Virus record (IMG/VR): IMGVR_UViG_3300044730_001822
Coordinates: 69,427-133,426 of that record
Direction: 5' to 3' (one strand)
DNA: 64,000 nt
Source: a virus
Below are positions 33,801 through 40,549 of the stretch, piece by piece (the stretch's first letter is position 1; every line of letters starts with the position of its first letter). A model generated the notes under the pieces. It worked only from the letters and a program-made list of their open reading frames with translations, was not told the origin of the DNA and did no database searches. The translations under genes were made by a program, and so were the position numbers.

Positions 33801-36800
33801 TGGCCACTACATTTGAAAGTTTTGATCAAGGATCAAACACAGTAACAGCACAGTTCAGTGCTTTTGCCAATGCAGGAGTACAGGGTCTAATATTGACAGG
33901 AGCAGGTTCGGGATACAATACAGCGCCAGCAGTGACTATAGCACCTCCAGCTGCTGGCAATACCGCACTGGCCTCTAGCAATGTAGCAGCCATAACAGAA
34001 TCTAATCTCAATGACATAGCATTGATCAGCAATATTTGGATAGCAGCCGGGGATCAGGCAGCAGTTATCTACAGCCAAGATACTGTTACTTGGATTGAAA
34101 ATTCTGTCAATGCCAACATACAGTTGAACACAGTGTTCGGCAGTGATCAACATTTTGCAGTGGCTGGACAATCTGGAAATCTTTATGTCACTGCCAATGT
34201 TCAACAGTCTTGGCAGAAAATCGCCAGCGGCACAAATCAAGATATCGCACAAGGGCTTTATGCGGCAGGAAATTATGTTTATGTTGCTTCGTCCGGAGTC
34301 ACTGCATACAGTAACACGGCCAATTCTAACTGGACTGTATCGGCCACTAACACTAGAACTACCAGTGATCTGTATGGATTAACATACACAGGAGATCAAT
34401 GGTGTGCTGTAGGTGATCACAGCACCATATTAAGAACTGGCAACATCGCCAATGGTTGGGTGCAGTACGCTCAAGAATATCTCAATGACAGTCAGTATGG
34501 CAATGTATCTGGCTTAGATGTCTATACCATAGTTGGAAAAGATGGTTTGGTGTATCGTAGCCAAGGCAATGTTTATAATTTTACCTTGATAGATACAGGG
34601 TCCACAGTAGATTTAAATGCTGTGACCTATGGTCAAGGACTGTTTGTGGCCGTGGGTGAATCAGGCACAGCCGCAGTCAGTGCCAATGCCAATGTCTGGA
34701 GTTTTGGTTCAATTGCCCCGGGGATAAATTTCAATGATGTGGCCTATACCGGCGCCAGCATGGGTATCAAATACGTGGCGGTAGGCGACAACGGACAGGC
34801 CTGGCAAAGCGCCAACGGTGTGGCCTGGACCAGAATGACTGGAATCAGCACCAATGCTAACCTACATTGTGTCACAGTTGGCAATGCAGGCAAAGTCATT
34901 ATCGGCGGTGAAAATGGAACACTGTTGACCAGCGTGAGTGTAGTAGGATTATCCGATGAATTTGTATTGACCTTGCAAGGCAGCAGCGAAACATTTACAT
35001 TATCTGATCCAAGTCTAAGAACGTTTGTGACCGCGTCTTCTACCATGATAGCAACCAGTACCGAAGACGTATCAGTGTCAGTCAATGGCGATGATCTAGT
35101 CTGGGGAGTAGATTTCAGCGTGGATGGTATCAATCCCAATGTAGTGGTCACTGTTGCAGAACACGCTGCCAGTGTATATGATACTGTTGTTGTTACCACC
35201 ACATTGCCCACTTGGTATGATGTAGCATACGGTGCTGATAAGTTTATCGTACAAGGCGACAATGGCATAACCTGGAACGGATCAGCCAACGGCGTACAAT
35301 GGACACAGGTACCAACACTGACTGGTGTTGAACTATTAGGCATTGAGTATGCCAATACCATATCGCAATTTGTCAGCGTGGGACAGTCGGCTGGCAGCCA
35401 GCAGATAGGTACACAGTCTTATATCGCTACCAGTTATACCGGCGATTATTTGCCTGTGATATTTGCTCCAGATTTCAAGAAGATACAAGCCGGTATGTTG
35501 GTCACTGGTGATTATGTGCGCACCAACACACTGGTGACCGGCACTGATTATGCTGATCGTTTGGTATATGTCAATACCCCACAGACTTTGGGCAGCCGTC
35601 AAAACTCCACAGTGACCTTTACTCCTTCGCAGATTGAAAACATTTATCCCACTGAAAATATCGTGACCAATGGTTGGAGACCTTGGGTCACTGTATCAGG
35701 AAATAGACAATTCTTCAATGAAGACTATGTTGCTCAGGGTGCTGCTGTGCGTTTGGTATACGATGACCTGCCTCCTGCTGCCATAGTACAGATGTTGGAT
35801 TCTTCCCAAAATGCAGTGCCCAATGAATTGGATTTCAAACTTTGGAAAGACATGAATGACAACACCGCAGTCTATCGCATGAATCAGTACAATGTCACTG
35901 AAACAGCAGCAGCGGTAGAACTGTTTGATGATATCATTTATCTCGAAGATGCAACCAAGATGTTTATGCCACGATTGGATCTAAATCAAATGGGCTTGGC
36001 ATTTGTAGGCGGAGAGCGTATCGCTTATCGCTACGTGGACTACACCACCAATACCATATCGGGACTGCTGCGCGGAGTGGGTGGTACTTCGGTACAAAGG
36101 CATGTGGCTGGTGCCGAAGTGGTCAATGCCAACAGCGACAATATTATACCTTTGGCCTACAGAGATAAGATAGTGGCACAAGAGTTTTCCGGCGACGGTA
36201 TCGCTCGCACTTTCACCACCGATAACATCAAAGCAGATATTGCCAACGAAGTTAGACTGGTAGTCGCTGGACAAGAAATACCCACTAGATCCGTGACTAT
36301 ATCCGCTTCGGGGGCCAACGCTGTGTTTACAGCAGAAGCGGCCAATGTGTCGGGCAATGCCATTGGAAATATTGCTGTGGATAGAAACAGTCAGATACTG
36401 GTAGCCATAAACGGAGTAGCCTTGCCCTTGGCCAATGCCAACTCCTTTATAGGTGATAACAGCACGGTGTATTTCTTGGCCAACAACATTACCACGTCAA
36501 ATGTACAAAATATTGTGGTCACTGTCAATAACCAACTGATCACACCTAACAACATATCTATCACTGGTGGGCATCCTAATGTGTACATAACACCAGCCCT
36601 TGATGCTAATTCTTTGGTACACATCAGCGAAAATTATGCCGTTATCAATAGAGATCCAGTACAGGTAGCCATAGCACCCGTACCTGCTGCCAATACCTTG
36701 GTAACTATCGCTGCGGATTTTTATGCCACAGAATTGTTCCCAGTGATAGTTACCACAGCAGAGCCGCCGTTGCCCAACACTCGTGTGATCGTGGGCATAG

Positions 36801-36895
36801 ATACTACCAAGAATTGGTACAATGCCCCAGGTGATGGCATACGGTTGCAAGATCAGCAGACTTTGGCTGCGCGATTCCTGCAAGGTGATGCCTAA
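18812..36895 (+). CDS. giant (6027 aa) multidomain virion protein (gp7-position baseplate wedge / fibre-like)
   Basis: Uninterrupted 18-kb ORF after gp6; begins 'FLPEIFRT--N'; contains 'YIEEVKPYH' (wedge-type), FG-GAP-like and BNR-like beta-propeller repeats, G-GY--P-V-I repeats, and two W----Y--G--V-F----Y carbohydrate-binding-like modules. Confidence 0.75.
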   Translation: MIRTVDFLPEIFRTPTNRQVLHATLDQLVQEPAYQRSQGFIGRRYGPGVTVEDRYLTEPDKTRRDYQLETATVFLEEGNRRAVDALTYPGYLDALKRLNGPITRPDELFQQEYYAVDFFVDYDKFVNFSQYYWLAQGPEAVTLTAPGANQAFDVERYIVGQQTYTTDQVRLLSPVTWNKPVTFSNGMRIRFVGNIKPLAYRGQEFYVEGVGTADGIKLLPVSNFVIPELYNYPVYIKREPVPWDIYPWDMTAWDGSQIIPGTDIDYITINRASEDLNPWTRSNRWFHIDVLNYSAEINGQTLVLDDTFRGKRPILEFRPGIKLINFGTKGLQPISLIDYTITNAFTQVAGQTSCTIDGIELFAGMKVIFAGDQNPLVARQVYLVEQITPVLGEDSLLYLQPIEGQVAEEGSVTVCTLGLTQQGFSFYYSNGQWSTAAECQQKHRINQAPLYDVFDTNGVSFSDTMVYPESTFRGSPLFQYAVGAGVYDAVLKFPLQYASVGNIGDILFWFNLYRDSFTYLNGLVTDTVGLRTGYVHQYVARTTYRRLIGYQTASFTPNTADTAVVSQQPQIFEFDYTSGAVILDVAVWQQDQYPDITNIVKVSVNDELQDTDTYTYRILDAFNLEVYPVPESGAGVGVQTEIIFDVDPAPTSLVVAAVLSDQTSKTAYFAVPTNLSVNALNQDLTQVTLGSLRDHFVSICQNIQGFTGKILAANNSRDLGNLIPYGTNLIQNSAALAIPAVFLREQSYSISSALDFSSAEYQRYKDLMLDFIWKNEFLEETTAEILDSAIDALKSNRNSSNPFYWSDIITAGIFESTTYNWFEGASRTFDLIYNYDFSTANYQGLNVYVNDVILCRNRDYVVDTQVNTVVIEQDLLADGDIVVIREYQQTYGNFVPATPSSLRLYPAYFPEIYVDNTYATPTTVIRGHDGSITPAFGDYRDQVLLEFETRIYSNIRGAAEYPLDYTEFLPGAFRGVTQDNINSQTIINNEFVRWLGANRVDYKQQDYQANNQYTWNYSQSGASLTYPSGQDAGGDIPMPGYWRQVYWYFYDTDEPQNYPWQMLGFSNRPVWWEEQYGPAPYTSGNQYMWEDIQEGRIREPGNERVDTVYARPGLLQVLPVDAQGQLLSPFECLVAGFNPATWQANWSIGGGSPAETAWRKSSAWPFAMQKLLLLLRPAQYLNYYIDRDRYQYNAEFKQWLYQQRNRLTAQDLQIYGTGTAVNSYVNFIVDYNKSYGLPGTENLTARLDNLDVRLAYRVAGFTDKRYLQLLSDRSGPNSSNLSILIPDENYNILLYRNEIFDSINYSAVTIERTDSGWAVYGNSLSNPYFQILPSIINNNYTTVRIGNTTIRIQKDFSDTVTLIPYGYIFRSVNAVVDFLISYGQFLSLSGLSYNTLENTVLLTWEQMAQEYVYWYNQGWSVGAMIQLNPSSTRLEFYRQNAVVVNLLEANREDILVNQNKQALQIRDYSVYRDGNLFELTSLNENTIGYVNLKLTNYENIIILDNVTDFGDVIYEPLTGLRQGRLIYQGIKSAGWNGTMDAPGFIINLSSVAEWDTGLKYAKGQVVKFKNFYYQANTTVDPSDTFDYNLWTKIIYRPDQEGMLPNLALKAVQSTEYYNQHSNNLNVDSEVLGFGITGFRPREYMASIELDEVSQMNAYQDFIGVKGTPRSLYFYDQAKVAGDDLSYDIYENWAIQRATYGATATNAFVDFTLDATALTSNPSTSQFVVAGETTEADQATLITDLYATSYPIKTTEILPLLTQENPDVFLPTAGYVESQDVEVQIFSIEDLNSVTAQLDKITNLAEIWVAKVNQSEWAVYKCQNLQSTLVLAQDNLDGQTLLVFDLDHGLVNDQIIIIKEFNEALQGAFRVVSVTSTTSVLIAESLPDDVTTLIGSGIVFQLENVRVAQPSDIADMNILYQLVSTNKVWVDDNGQGRWETLEKQNPYTEQAAYEYSGTVNFGSSVIQTADSGNLLIGAPGSYSSGAVIPYTHVANTYVAGSPLTIPSLWTGYGDFGRVGDSSGNDWAAFSVGLYTLPGIFTDYRVVAMKKNNQGFQPRQLLSGGSSGTAGAFVGQIKFSEDYNWLYVSNPSERLVRVYQRNPWQEQTAEFLCTGRRALFEFSDSVRVTDGSQISVRLNLDNDNLLAYNQEYTATTTTVRLRVPPPPPFTVTTDITIATSEFTVQSTANLGIGQLVSGIGVPGNTKIIAVDDATNVVTVSQLFTATAQDINLTITNIIYIGRWTTDPEPGYWGSARNPLIPNGGLRTFPIDMLAGATSDPGSVGVYYNGQLLRPNNFPEIDGDYTYDFPNRQVIFNFTPPAAGAQAVTYQSSEYYSELATVNDPDSYNFTFGSSCATNQDGSLLAVGDADTNTSTVVNDHDGLVYVYDRGIVRHMVSNVAQSLYSTPANIIGQPQVWLNGQMLYEDTDVTFGSFVYEPAGNVSDPVYTGPANISINTGVAGNIGDILDISYNNFKITQAVSNPQANVGNSEFGAAVSLNGYGSALIVGAPNGNTISINTGFAARIENQAAVYGSITGTTINPTVSRNSDLRINDYYVKFAQADVSNVSLSTNCTITTAAAHGYYTGEIVKLGNINGGVLYLNTVESGRGYFAKVTGPTTFNIFDYGNVSNVSLGTVITVTSNVANYIGYGQSFGSVFSNVEISGVQGIANLNSTAANPYWMARRANGNSATQFEVLRGVGISSIISGTDDDGATAVTIVNTFTNPQLQRGARVAIQSPTTGLNNLVFYAGEVDNIGRNFVLYQNPELTSPVVPTGNTTNLNGTLGVYIDGTGWGNYASGGQVLRYFNTTGSLPAYNANVSQGWAFDDSLNGVVNVINSKNIPNLQAANAAGKLQLSIIDLAAGVPNNLLTLAPGTENNNRIGYNSSALKSLGILPYYTGGAQIFGGSYPTLGARFGYRIDQDWTTDQVVISSEFGTTAAGTTFDKDTTTFDSRTTRFEDLYLKSGSVDVYDLLPSANPTPDNPSKLVWDRQLQDYLVRSGQEFGHSVSIAGNNIIIGSPMYTVNDVAQGRALIFSGLRTGWKTIRLEPNQVDVHLLNEVTIYNKESKVTINYLDFIDPIQGRILGAAQQNIDLISPTDPAGYNNGDVNNIGVNWGEVQLGYIWWDTTNIRFLEYHTQDINLSARIWGGVFPGSSADVYQWIESLVPPAEYTGPGVARDITSYSSYDVITDTNSIITKYYFWVSDLTSVLPYSNKTLSLQSIQQYILNPRSSGISYIAAINPSTVAIYNSNSDFVAQENVLHISYDIVPQDNNIHVEYDLIQQDNPRQFMDDATYEKFVDSFAGIDAIGNPVPDPNLPPGLLYGISFDPRQSMFRDRFLALKNYISRVNEILMTFTFSEESSMDFLNSQEEPPAAGELESPGQLWWNFQVANLTELGYQDLDSVPLGYRYLVTQDSRYNNFWTIHQVTGAVGSRTTVVIRVQTYKTSQYWSYVNWYAEGFDPLQRPLFVVETLAQAQELLLPDNGVVQVTMDNPLGFELYQNRVIDSYRDTTTLEWVTVTEFTRVGLENGTVQISDLIYDYSKLINPDQPPQIETRQIINSINFEILVDSRLILRNQAMGLMFNFILGEQIDCNWLYKTSLIDITHPVRKLLPYRTFKRDNQDFVYGYIEEVKPYHVFIKDFSLVYTAGPDLYPGDITDFDVPATFNAQYDRYISPILENDVDYPNYDKYGIYGVGPYAQFKGYIGPTSNSGNTVLTVTELLKGQIYVGATVTGGIVQASGSTILAYLGQNQEGQNQYKISGYYTYESDTGTMEINGIWSTIPYRNWYNNYGLRVIDIMVTNPGSGYAVAPTVTVNGVTSDPVKARAILNSNSGINNILIEYSGGRYLTQPTVTLSAPDSEDGVQATAYPVTDAQPVRNFETTLVYNRMNLRPTFTEWIAGFTYFQGDLVKFNNAVYASNFDYNQNSQFDFTNWTLVPPGELEGVDRTYGYYQGNSELPGLDLDQLISGLTYPGVVTGRRYLGSWDTSPWSLDPFESDNSRVQTIIAGGTYPDRSLPGDYAGIPPLEAWDVNVYGGAYVDAYSSHAPEELVPGAVFDTLDFTVRTVPGQDNIGLGWTSPLQGRIYQGDAQQDTFSFQSLIKFPEQVIVFRKNSNDTKVRLEETVDYTVNWPDLTVTINTVPAADEKIAVIAVGLGGGNQLLRYSEITDAGIAADGTIDVPVQYDAVYSLPVFVDGNALILNTDYSITEYQPVAEPDANDITITRITFANAVAAGSRIDYTVLGEGTGSETYDYSLPTTAEITLSGTTGNISSIDFSGTNPIAAIVEVNGLRLRGPHCVTYTGDGETLTFAAGWQKDVPVESIVASDVVVYVNDQETEFWDGQFVAQHDAYEITFNTFTPELGARIVIAVWTASEYVFDFDAETITVDASYSGSDVYITTWQETAQQNFLNTVTVGQSIIPVAIDTSINTRASWSNGSSVMTVGFQTTGFWNRDGIGFDYPAYGSGVTQGDTNPNGAPNPANTAVLSQMLGYGNTIIVLDVSGINVGDIVEGSGITEDVAVTQILGFKNRYLQDNWAVSVNANLLANGLVWNRQYSNSTTPYLQSTLYGISTGPYITLVDSDNNVLYSNNAIDWNYTNLIPESQLRGVANGNIGSINYYIAVGQDSSVLVSTDGIDWAPQNSILPYSNIDFSSITYGNGKFVAVGDQGNIFVTSDAVNWSQANSGTIEDLSSVTYHGNVFAATGSNAMILISDDAVTWTRRWLNYVSNIAVIDSGWGYTQVPNVTIANAVANLGITATAFAAIEGGVGNISVINGSAGFSRAPNVVISQNNVASFTGNVGTGAQAVAVLGTTGPVGYVALVVPGQGYNYPPTISFVGGNGIGATASSNVANGKITDITLITGGSGYTVGSGNVQVVITPTGGDTPTAVANAIAMATSSVASITVTAAGNGYTSYDLITESNVVPLISFESYMVQGRSSLYTQGNIGQNFINVESVANLEIGNEIEFTDSNANMVYSGVITSIYPGNLAIGVNPVLSNIITVATTFESFDQGSNTVTAQFSAFANAGVQGLILTGAGSGYNTAPAVTIAPPAAGNTALASSNVAAITESNLNDIALISNIWIAAGDQAAVIYSQDTVTWIENSVNANIQLNTVFGSDQHFAVAGQSGNLYVTANVQQSWQKIASGTNQDIAQGLYAAGNYVYVASSGVTAYSNTANSNWTVSATNTRTTSDLYGLTYTGDQWCAVGDHSTILRTGNIANGWVQYAQEYLNDSQYGNVSGLDVYTIVGKDGLVYRSQGNVYNFTLIDTGSTVDLNAVTYGQGLFVAVGESGTAAVSANANVWSFGSIAPGINFNDVAYTGASMGIKYVAVGDNGQAWQSANGVAWTRMTGISTNANLHCVTVGNAGKVIIGGENGTLLTSVSVVGLSDEFVLTLQGSSETFTLSDPSLRTFVTASSTMIATSTEDVSVSVNGDDLVWGVDFSVDGINPNVVVTVAEHAASVYDTVVVTTTLPTWYDVAYGADKFIVQGDNGITWNGSANGVQWTQVPTLTGVELLGIEYANTISQFVSVGQSAGSQQIGTQSYIATSYTGDYLPVIFAPDFKKIQAGMLVTGDYVRTNTLVTGTDYADRLVYVNTPQTLGSRQNSTVTFTPSQIENIYPTENIVTNGWRPWVTVSGNRQFFNEDYVAQGAAVRLVYDDLPPAAIVQMLDSSQNAVPNELDFKLWKDMNDNTAVYRMNQYNVTETAAAVELFDDIIYLEDATKMFMPRLDLNQMGLAFVGGERIAYRYVDYTTNTISGLLRGVGGTSVQRHVAGAEVVNANSDNIIPLAYRDKIVAQEFSGDGIARTFTTDNIKADIANEVRLVVAGQEIPTRSVTISASGANAVFTAEAANVSGNAIGNIAVDRNSQILVAINGVALPLANANSFIGDNSTVYFLANNITTSNVQNIVVTVNNQLITPNNISITGGHPNVYITPALDANSLVHISENYAVINRDPVQVAIAPVPAANTLVTIAADFYATELFPVIVTTAEPPLPNTRVIVGIDTTKNWYNAPGDGIRLQDQQTLAARFLQGDA

Positions 36896-36903
36896 AATAG
36901 CGA

Positions 36904-36909
36904 TAAATA
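36904..36909 (+). promoter_or_regulatory. late promoter TAAATA, 5 nt before ATG 36915
   Basis: GATAAATAaaaaaATG. Confidence 0.55.
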
Positions 36910-36914
36910 AAAAA

Positions 36915-37058
36915 ATGCAAAATCAAGAGCCACAGAACAAACAACAGGTCCAGACACCCACAAAACCAGCAGATGAAAATTTGGGGATTTTGGTACAGGA
37001 TCATATCCGTATATTTGATCCCAATAATCAACAGTTGTACTATCGGGGGAGAGGATGA
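36915..37058 (+). CDS. 47-aa small protein resembling the N-terminus of the next gene
   Basis: MQNQEP...VQDHIRIFDPNNQQLYYRGRG; has its own TAAATA; stop overlaps the next ATG (ATGA). Confidence 0.6.
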   Translation: MQNQEPQNKQQVQTPTKPADENLGILVQDHIRIFDPNNQQLYYRGRG

Positions 37059-37663
37059 TGCTGACCCACGTTCCTGCAATGATACAGGGTTTTGTAAAAA
37101 TATTTGACCCAAATTCGGGAGAAATTTTTGTTGATAAAAAGAACGCTATCCACTATGAAAATATGAGCCGTAGCCTGGCTGAGACTTTGGCCAATCGTAA
37201 CACGGGATATATCTACGAAATGGCATTTGGCAACGGTGGTAGCACAGTGGATTCTACGGGTGTGATAACTTATCTTCCGCCCAACACAGTGAATCAAAAT
37301 GCTGCTTTGTATAATCAAACTTACGCTAAAATAGTTGATGATAATTCTGCAGCCAATCCTGACCCGGCGCGTAACTATCTCACTGTCACGCACATTCCAG
37401 GCAAGGTCTACAGCGATATTATTGTTACCTGCTTGTTAGACTACGGCGAGCCCAGCGACCAGCAGGCCTTTGATAACAGCACTAATTATAACGGAGAATA
37501 TGTATTTGACGAGCTAGGGTTAAAAACCTGGCAAGGACAGGACAATCCCTTGAGACTAGTCACTCACGTGATTTTCCACCCAGTACAAAAAAGTTTAAAT
37601 CGTCAAATACAGATAGAATACACAGTTAGGATACAGACGCTGACTAACTTGAGCGCGGCCTAA
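37055..37663 (+). CDS. virion structural protein (baseplate/tail-fibre attachment type)
   Basis: G-VKI-D--SGE--V-K-NAIH, MAFGNGG, 'FDELGL', 'H-IF-PVQKS-NR-IQI-YTVRI'; strong GGGGAGAGGA SD. Confidence 0.7.
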   Translation: MMLTHVPAMIQGFVKIFDPNSGEIFVDKKNAIHYENMSRSLAETLANRNTGYIYEMAFGNGGSTVDSTGVITYLPPNTVNQNAALYNQTYAKIVDDNSAANPDPARNYLTVTHIPGKVYSDIIVTCLLDYGEPSDQQAFDNSTNYNGEYVFDELGLKTWQGQDNPLRLVTHVIFHPVQKSLNRQIQIEYTVRIQTLTNLSAA

Positions 37664-37670
37664 ATAAATA
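37661..37670 (+). promoter_or_regulatory. late promoter TAAATAAATA upstream of the tail fibre
   Basis: Tandem hexamer followed by a GGAG SD and ATG 37695. Confidence 0.55.
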
Positions 37671-37694
37671 TCAATAACGGAGCACCTAAAGAAA

Positions 37695-40079
37695 ATGCCA
37701 TATACCGTAACCCTAACGCGAGGAGCAGTATTTGCTAATATAGCAGACGGAACCATCAATCAAACGTCAACCATGACCTTGATTGGTCGAGATTTTGCCA
37801 ACTACGGTCAGTTCGTAGATCAAGATTTAGTTCGTTTGCTAGAATCGGGCGCTGCCACACAAAACAGAAGCGCAACCAGCGCACTCACCGGACAACTTTG
37901 GTTTGATCTAACCAATACCCAACTTAAAGTAGCCACTCTGGGTAACATACCCAATGGTGCGGCCTATACCACCAGCGGTCCTATCAAATGGCAAGGCGCC
38001 AGCCCTGCATATTCTGTAACAGCACCAGTGAACCCAGTGGTAGGCGATACTTGGATGTATACCAATACCAATGCCAACATACCGCAGATGGTAGTTTGGA
38101 CTGGTGATACAGCCAACACAAACTTCCTAGGTAATCTGCCAGGATGGAAAGTAATTGGACCTACCACACGTTCGGATATCGTTGAATTCGGTACCATCAA
38201 TGCAGATTATGCCAATTTTGATGAAACAGTAAACATAGATGTATTGTATGCCAATGTAGCTACTGTGGCCGAGTCGGTATTGATTGGACAGTATGCCAAT
38301 GGTGCCAACGTCAACACAGCATTTTTACAGGTATTGGGCGATGGCATCTATGGAAATCTCAACGGAGATCAACCCTATGTGACCAGTCTGGGTAATGCTT
38401 CCAACGGTTTTGGGTATCTCAGTAACATACAGGTTGGCAGCATATCCGGTGGAGCATTGACCACTATCAATTCCAATGTTGGTATTACCACCACCGGTTC
38501 TATCACCGGAGTACAAATTACCGGCAGTACTATCCAGGCCACAGGCGGTGGATTCTACGGTCTTATCAACGCAGCTACTTCGGATCAAAAATTCATCTAT
38601 GGCTTGGGTGTACAAGCACAGGCCTACTCTACCGCCAACAGCAACGCTATCGTTCGAGGTGGCACCAGTGCTGGTCTTGCAGTCAGTCGTAAAATCGTAG
38701 TAGACTACGGCAATGGATTTGCTGGAGTCAGCGATGTTGACATTGGCGAACCCTCGCCCACCGGTCCAAGATTCCGCGGAGTCTATGCCAACACATTCTT
38801 TGGTAATCTTTCGGGACAGATCCTTGGCGATGTGCCCAGCATCAGTTCCAATGATATTGTTGTGCCCAGTGCAGATGGCTTGATATTAATCGGCAGTGGA
38901 AACTTACAACAAGGCACCGGCAATGTCAGAATCGACGGCGGCAATGGCACAGGCAGTTTTAACAACGCTATCTATATTGGTCGCCCCGGCGGTAACTATG
39001 GCAACGGCAATGTTGGCATCATACATAGCTATGGTACCAGCACAGTATTTGGCGGGGTGGGAAATATCTTAACATTTACCGATCTTACTGGCAATTGTCT
39101 CTATGATTTCTACAAAGATGTTCGTGTACGCGGTAATTTATATGTTTTAGGAAATACTGTTACAACATCTGTCACAGAAGTTACTACCAACGACTTAGAT
39201 ATTGTTGTGGCCAATAATGTACAAACAGGCAACATCGTCAATGCCAGCGGCGCTGGCATAGTAGTAGGTGCTAACGCTACTATAAAAATGGTAACAGTTG
39301 TTGCAGGATCTAGCTCAGCTGGATATGATGCTCAACGTTGGCAAATGAATCGTAGTTTAGAGATCACAAGCGACAGTCCGGCCACGGGTGGCAGTATCGG
39401 AGATCTACGTGTAGCAGGCAATGTCTATGCCTGCACATCAGCCAGTATCGCTTCACTTAACATAACCGGCACCGGTGGTATAGTATCAACTGGCGCCAAT
39501 GTGTTGCCAGCCGCTAGCCTTACTTCTGCCAATCGTCCTATTATCGACGGCTCTACGGGTACAGTGGGTTATGCCGCAGGTTTGTATGATGCTGCCACAG
39601 GTAGATACTATTGGACTGAAGAAGGATCTGCACTGTCGGGCACTCCCTATACGGCGGTGGTTCGAGATGTCAACGGCAGTATCAATGCTACAGAATTTTC
39701 CGGTATTGCTACCAAGGCTAGATACGCTGACTTGGCCGAGATGTATTTGGCAGATCGCGAGTATGCACCAGGAACATTGGTCACAGTAGGCGGCGATGCA
39801 GAAATCACCCAATGCACCATTAATGATCATCCTTTGGGCGTAGTATCTACCAATCCAGCATACCTTATGAACACAGCTTTGGAAAATGGAACACCAGTGG
39901 CACTACGTGGCCGCGTGCCAGTTCGCATCACTGGCGCAGTACACAAAGGTGACAAATTGGGTCCCAGCGAAGTGCCCGGACTATGCACCAAAAATAATCA
40001 AGCACCAATAGCCATCGCGCTACATAATGCTTATGCAGAACCCGGTACCGAAACCACAGTCGAAGCAGTCATATTGTAA
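37695..40079 (+). CDS. tail fibre protein with C-terminal intramolecular-chaperone (peptidase G2/IMC-like) domain
   Basis: N-terminal anchor (L-G--Y--YG...LLE...GQLWFD), Gly/Asn/Thr-rich beta-shaft, C-terminal A-YADLAE-Y..PGT-V...GVVST-PAYLMN...VAL-GRVPV-I-G-V-KGD. Confidence 0.75.
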   Translation: MPYTVTLTRGAVFANIADGTINQTSTMTLIGRDFANYGQFVDQDLVRLLESGAATQNRSATSALTGQLWFDLTNTQLKVATLGNIPNGAAYTTSGPIKWQGASPAYSVTAPVNPVVGDTWMYTNTNANIPQMVVWTGDTANTNFLGNLPGWKVIGPTTRSDIVEFGTINADYANFDETVNIDVLYANVATVAESVLIGQYANGANVNTAFLQVLGDGIYGNLNGDQPYVTSLGNASNGFGYLSNIQVGSISGGALTTINSNVGITTTGSITGVQITGSTIQATGGGFYGLINAATSDQKFIYGLGVQAQAYSTANSNAIVRGGTSAGLAVSRKIVVDYGNGFAGVSDVDIGEPSPTGPRFRGVYANTFFGNLSGQILGDVPSISSNDIVVPSADGLILIGSGNLQQGTGNVRIDGGNGTGSFNNAIYIGRPGGNYGNGNVGIIHSYGTSTVFGGVGNILTFTDLTGNCLYDFYKDVRVRGNLYVLGNTVTTSVTEVTTNDLDIVVANNVQTGNIVNASGAGIVVGANATIKMVTVVAGSSSAGYDAQRWQMNRSLEITSDSPATGGSIGDLRVAGNVYACTSASIASLNITGTGGIVSTGANVLPAASLTSANRPIIDGSTGTVGYAAGLYDAATGRYYWTEEGSALSGTPYTAVVRDVNGSINATEFSGIATKARYADLAEMYLADREYAPGTLVTVGGDAEITQCTINDHPLGVVSTNPAYLMNTALENGTPVALRGRVPVRITGAVHKGDKLGPSEVPGLCTKNNQAPIAIALHNAYAEPGTETTVEAVIL

Positions 40080-40549
40080 TGAATAGTATAGACGAATTCG
40101 AAGCCTTTATAGGCCGAGAGTTTGTCTATCAGCATAACCTAATAAGCATAATAAAAAACAGTCAACATCATTTGGTTTACTCCTATGATCAGTTGAAGAA
40201 AACATACAATGGTTGCTCGATCAAACTCGAAGGCCTAGAACGCTATTCTAGAGAACTAGCGATCAAATGTGCTGGATTGAAAATTTATCATGATCACACG
40301 GGTCCGGTCACTTGCCATGCCTACAGAGCCTATCCTGGATCAGAAAGTTTTGGTCGGCACACAGATCCCATGCCAGTGTTTTTAGAAGTAATAGAAGGCA
40401 CCAAAAATCTCATAGTAGATGGAGAATGGCACACTCTTGAATCGGGCCAAACGCTGTTTATACCAGCCAATACATCACACGAGGCTATAAATCAAGACGA
40501 CAGCCTAATGTTGAGTTTTGGATTAGAATCATATCTAATTGATCGATGA
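40079..40549 (+). CDS. JmjC/cupin-4 (ROX/YcfD/NO66-like) 2OG-Fe(II) protein hydroxylase candidate
   Basis: CHAY-----S-SFG-HTD---F---IEG-K...LESG--LFIP----HEA: HxD...H triad in the Cupin_4 pattern. Confidence 0.7.
   Translation: MNSIDEFEAFIGREFVYQHNLISIIKNSQHHLVYSYDQLKKTYNGCSIKLEGLERYSRELAIKCAGLKIYHDHTGPVTCHAYRAYPGSESFGRHTDPMPVFLEVIEGTKNLIVDGEWHTLESGQTLFIPANTSHEAINQDDSLMLSFGLESYLIDR

Noticed and set aside
18812-36895. Intein, intron or stop-codon recoding as an explanation of the giant ORF
   Set aside because: No intein or homing-endonuclease motifs noticed; TAA, TAG and TGA all act as stops elsewhere in the window.
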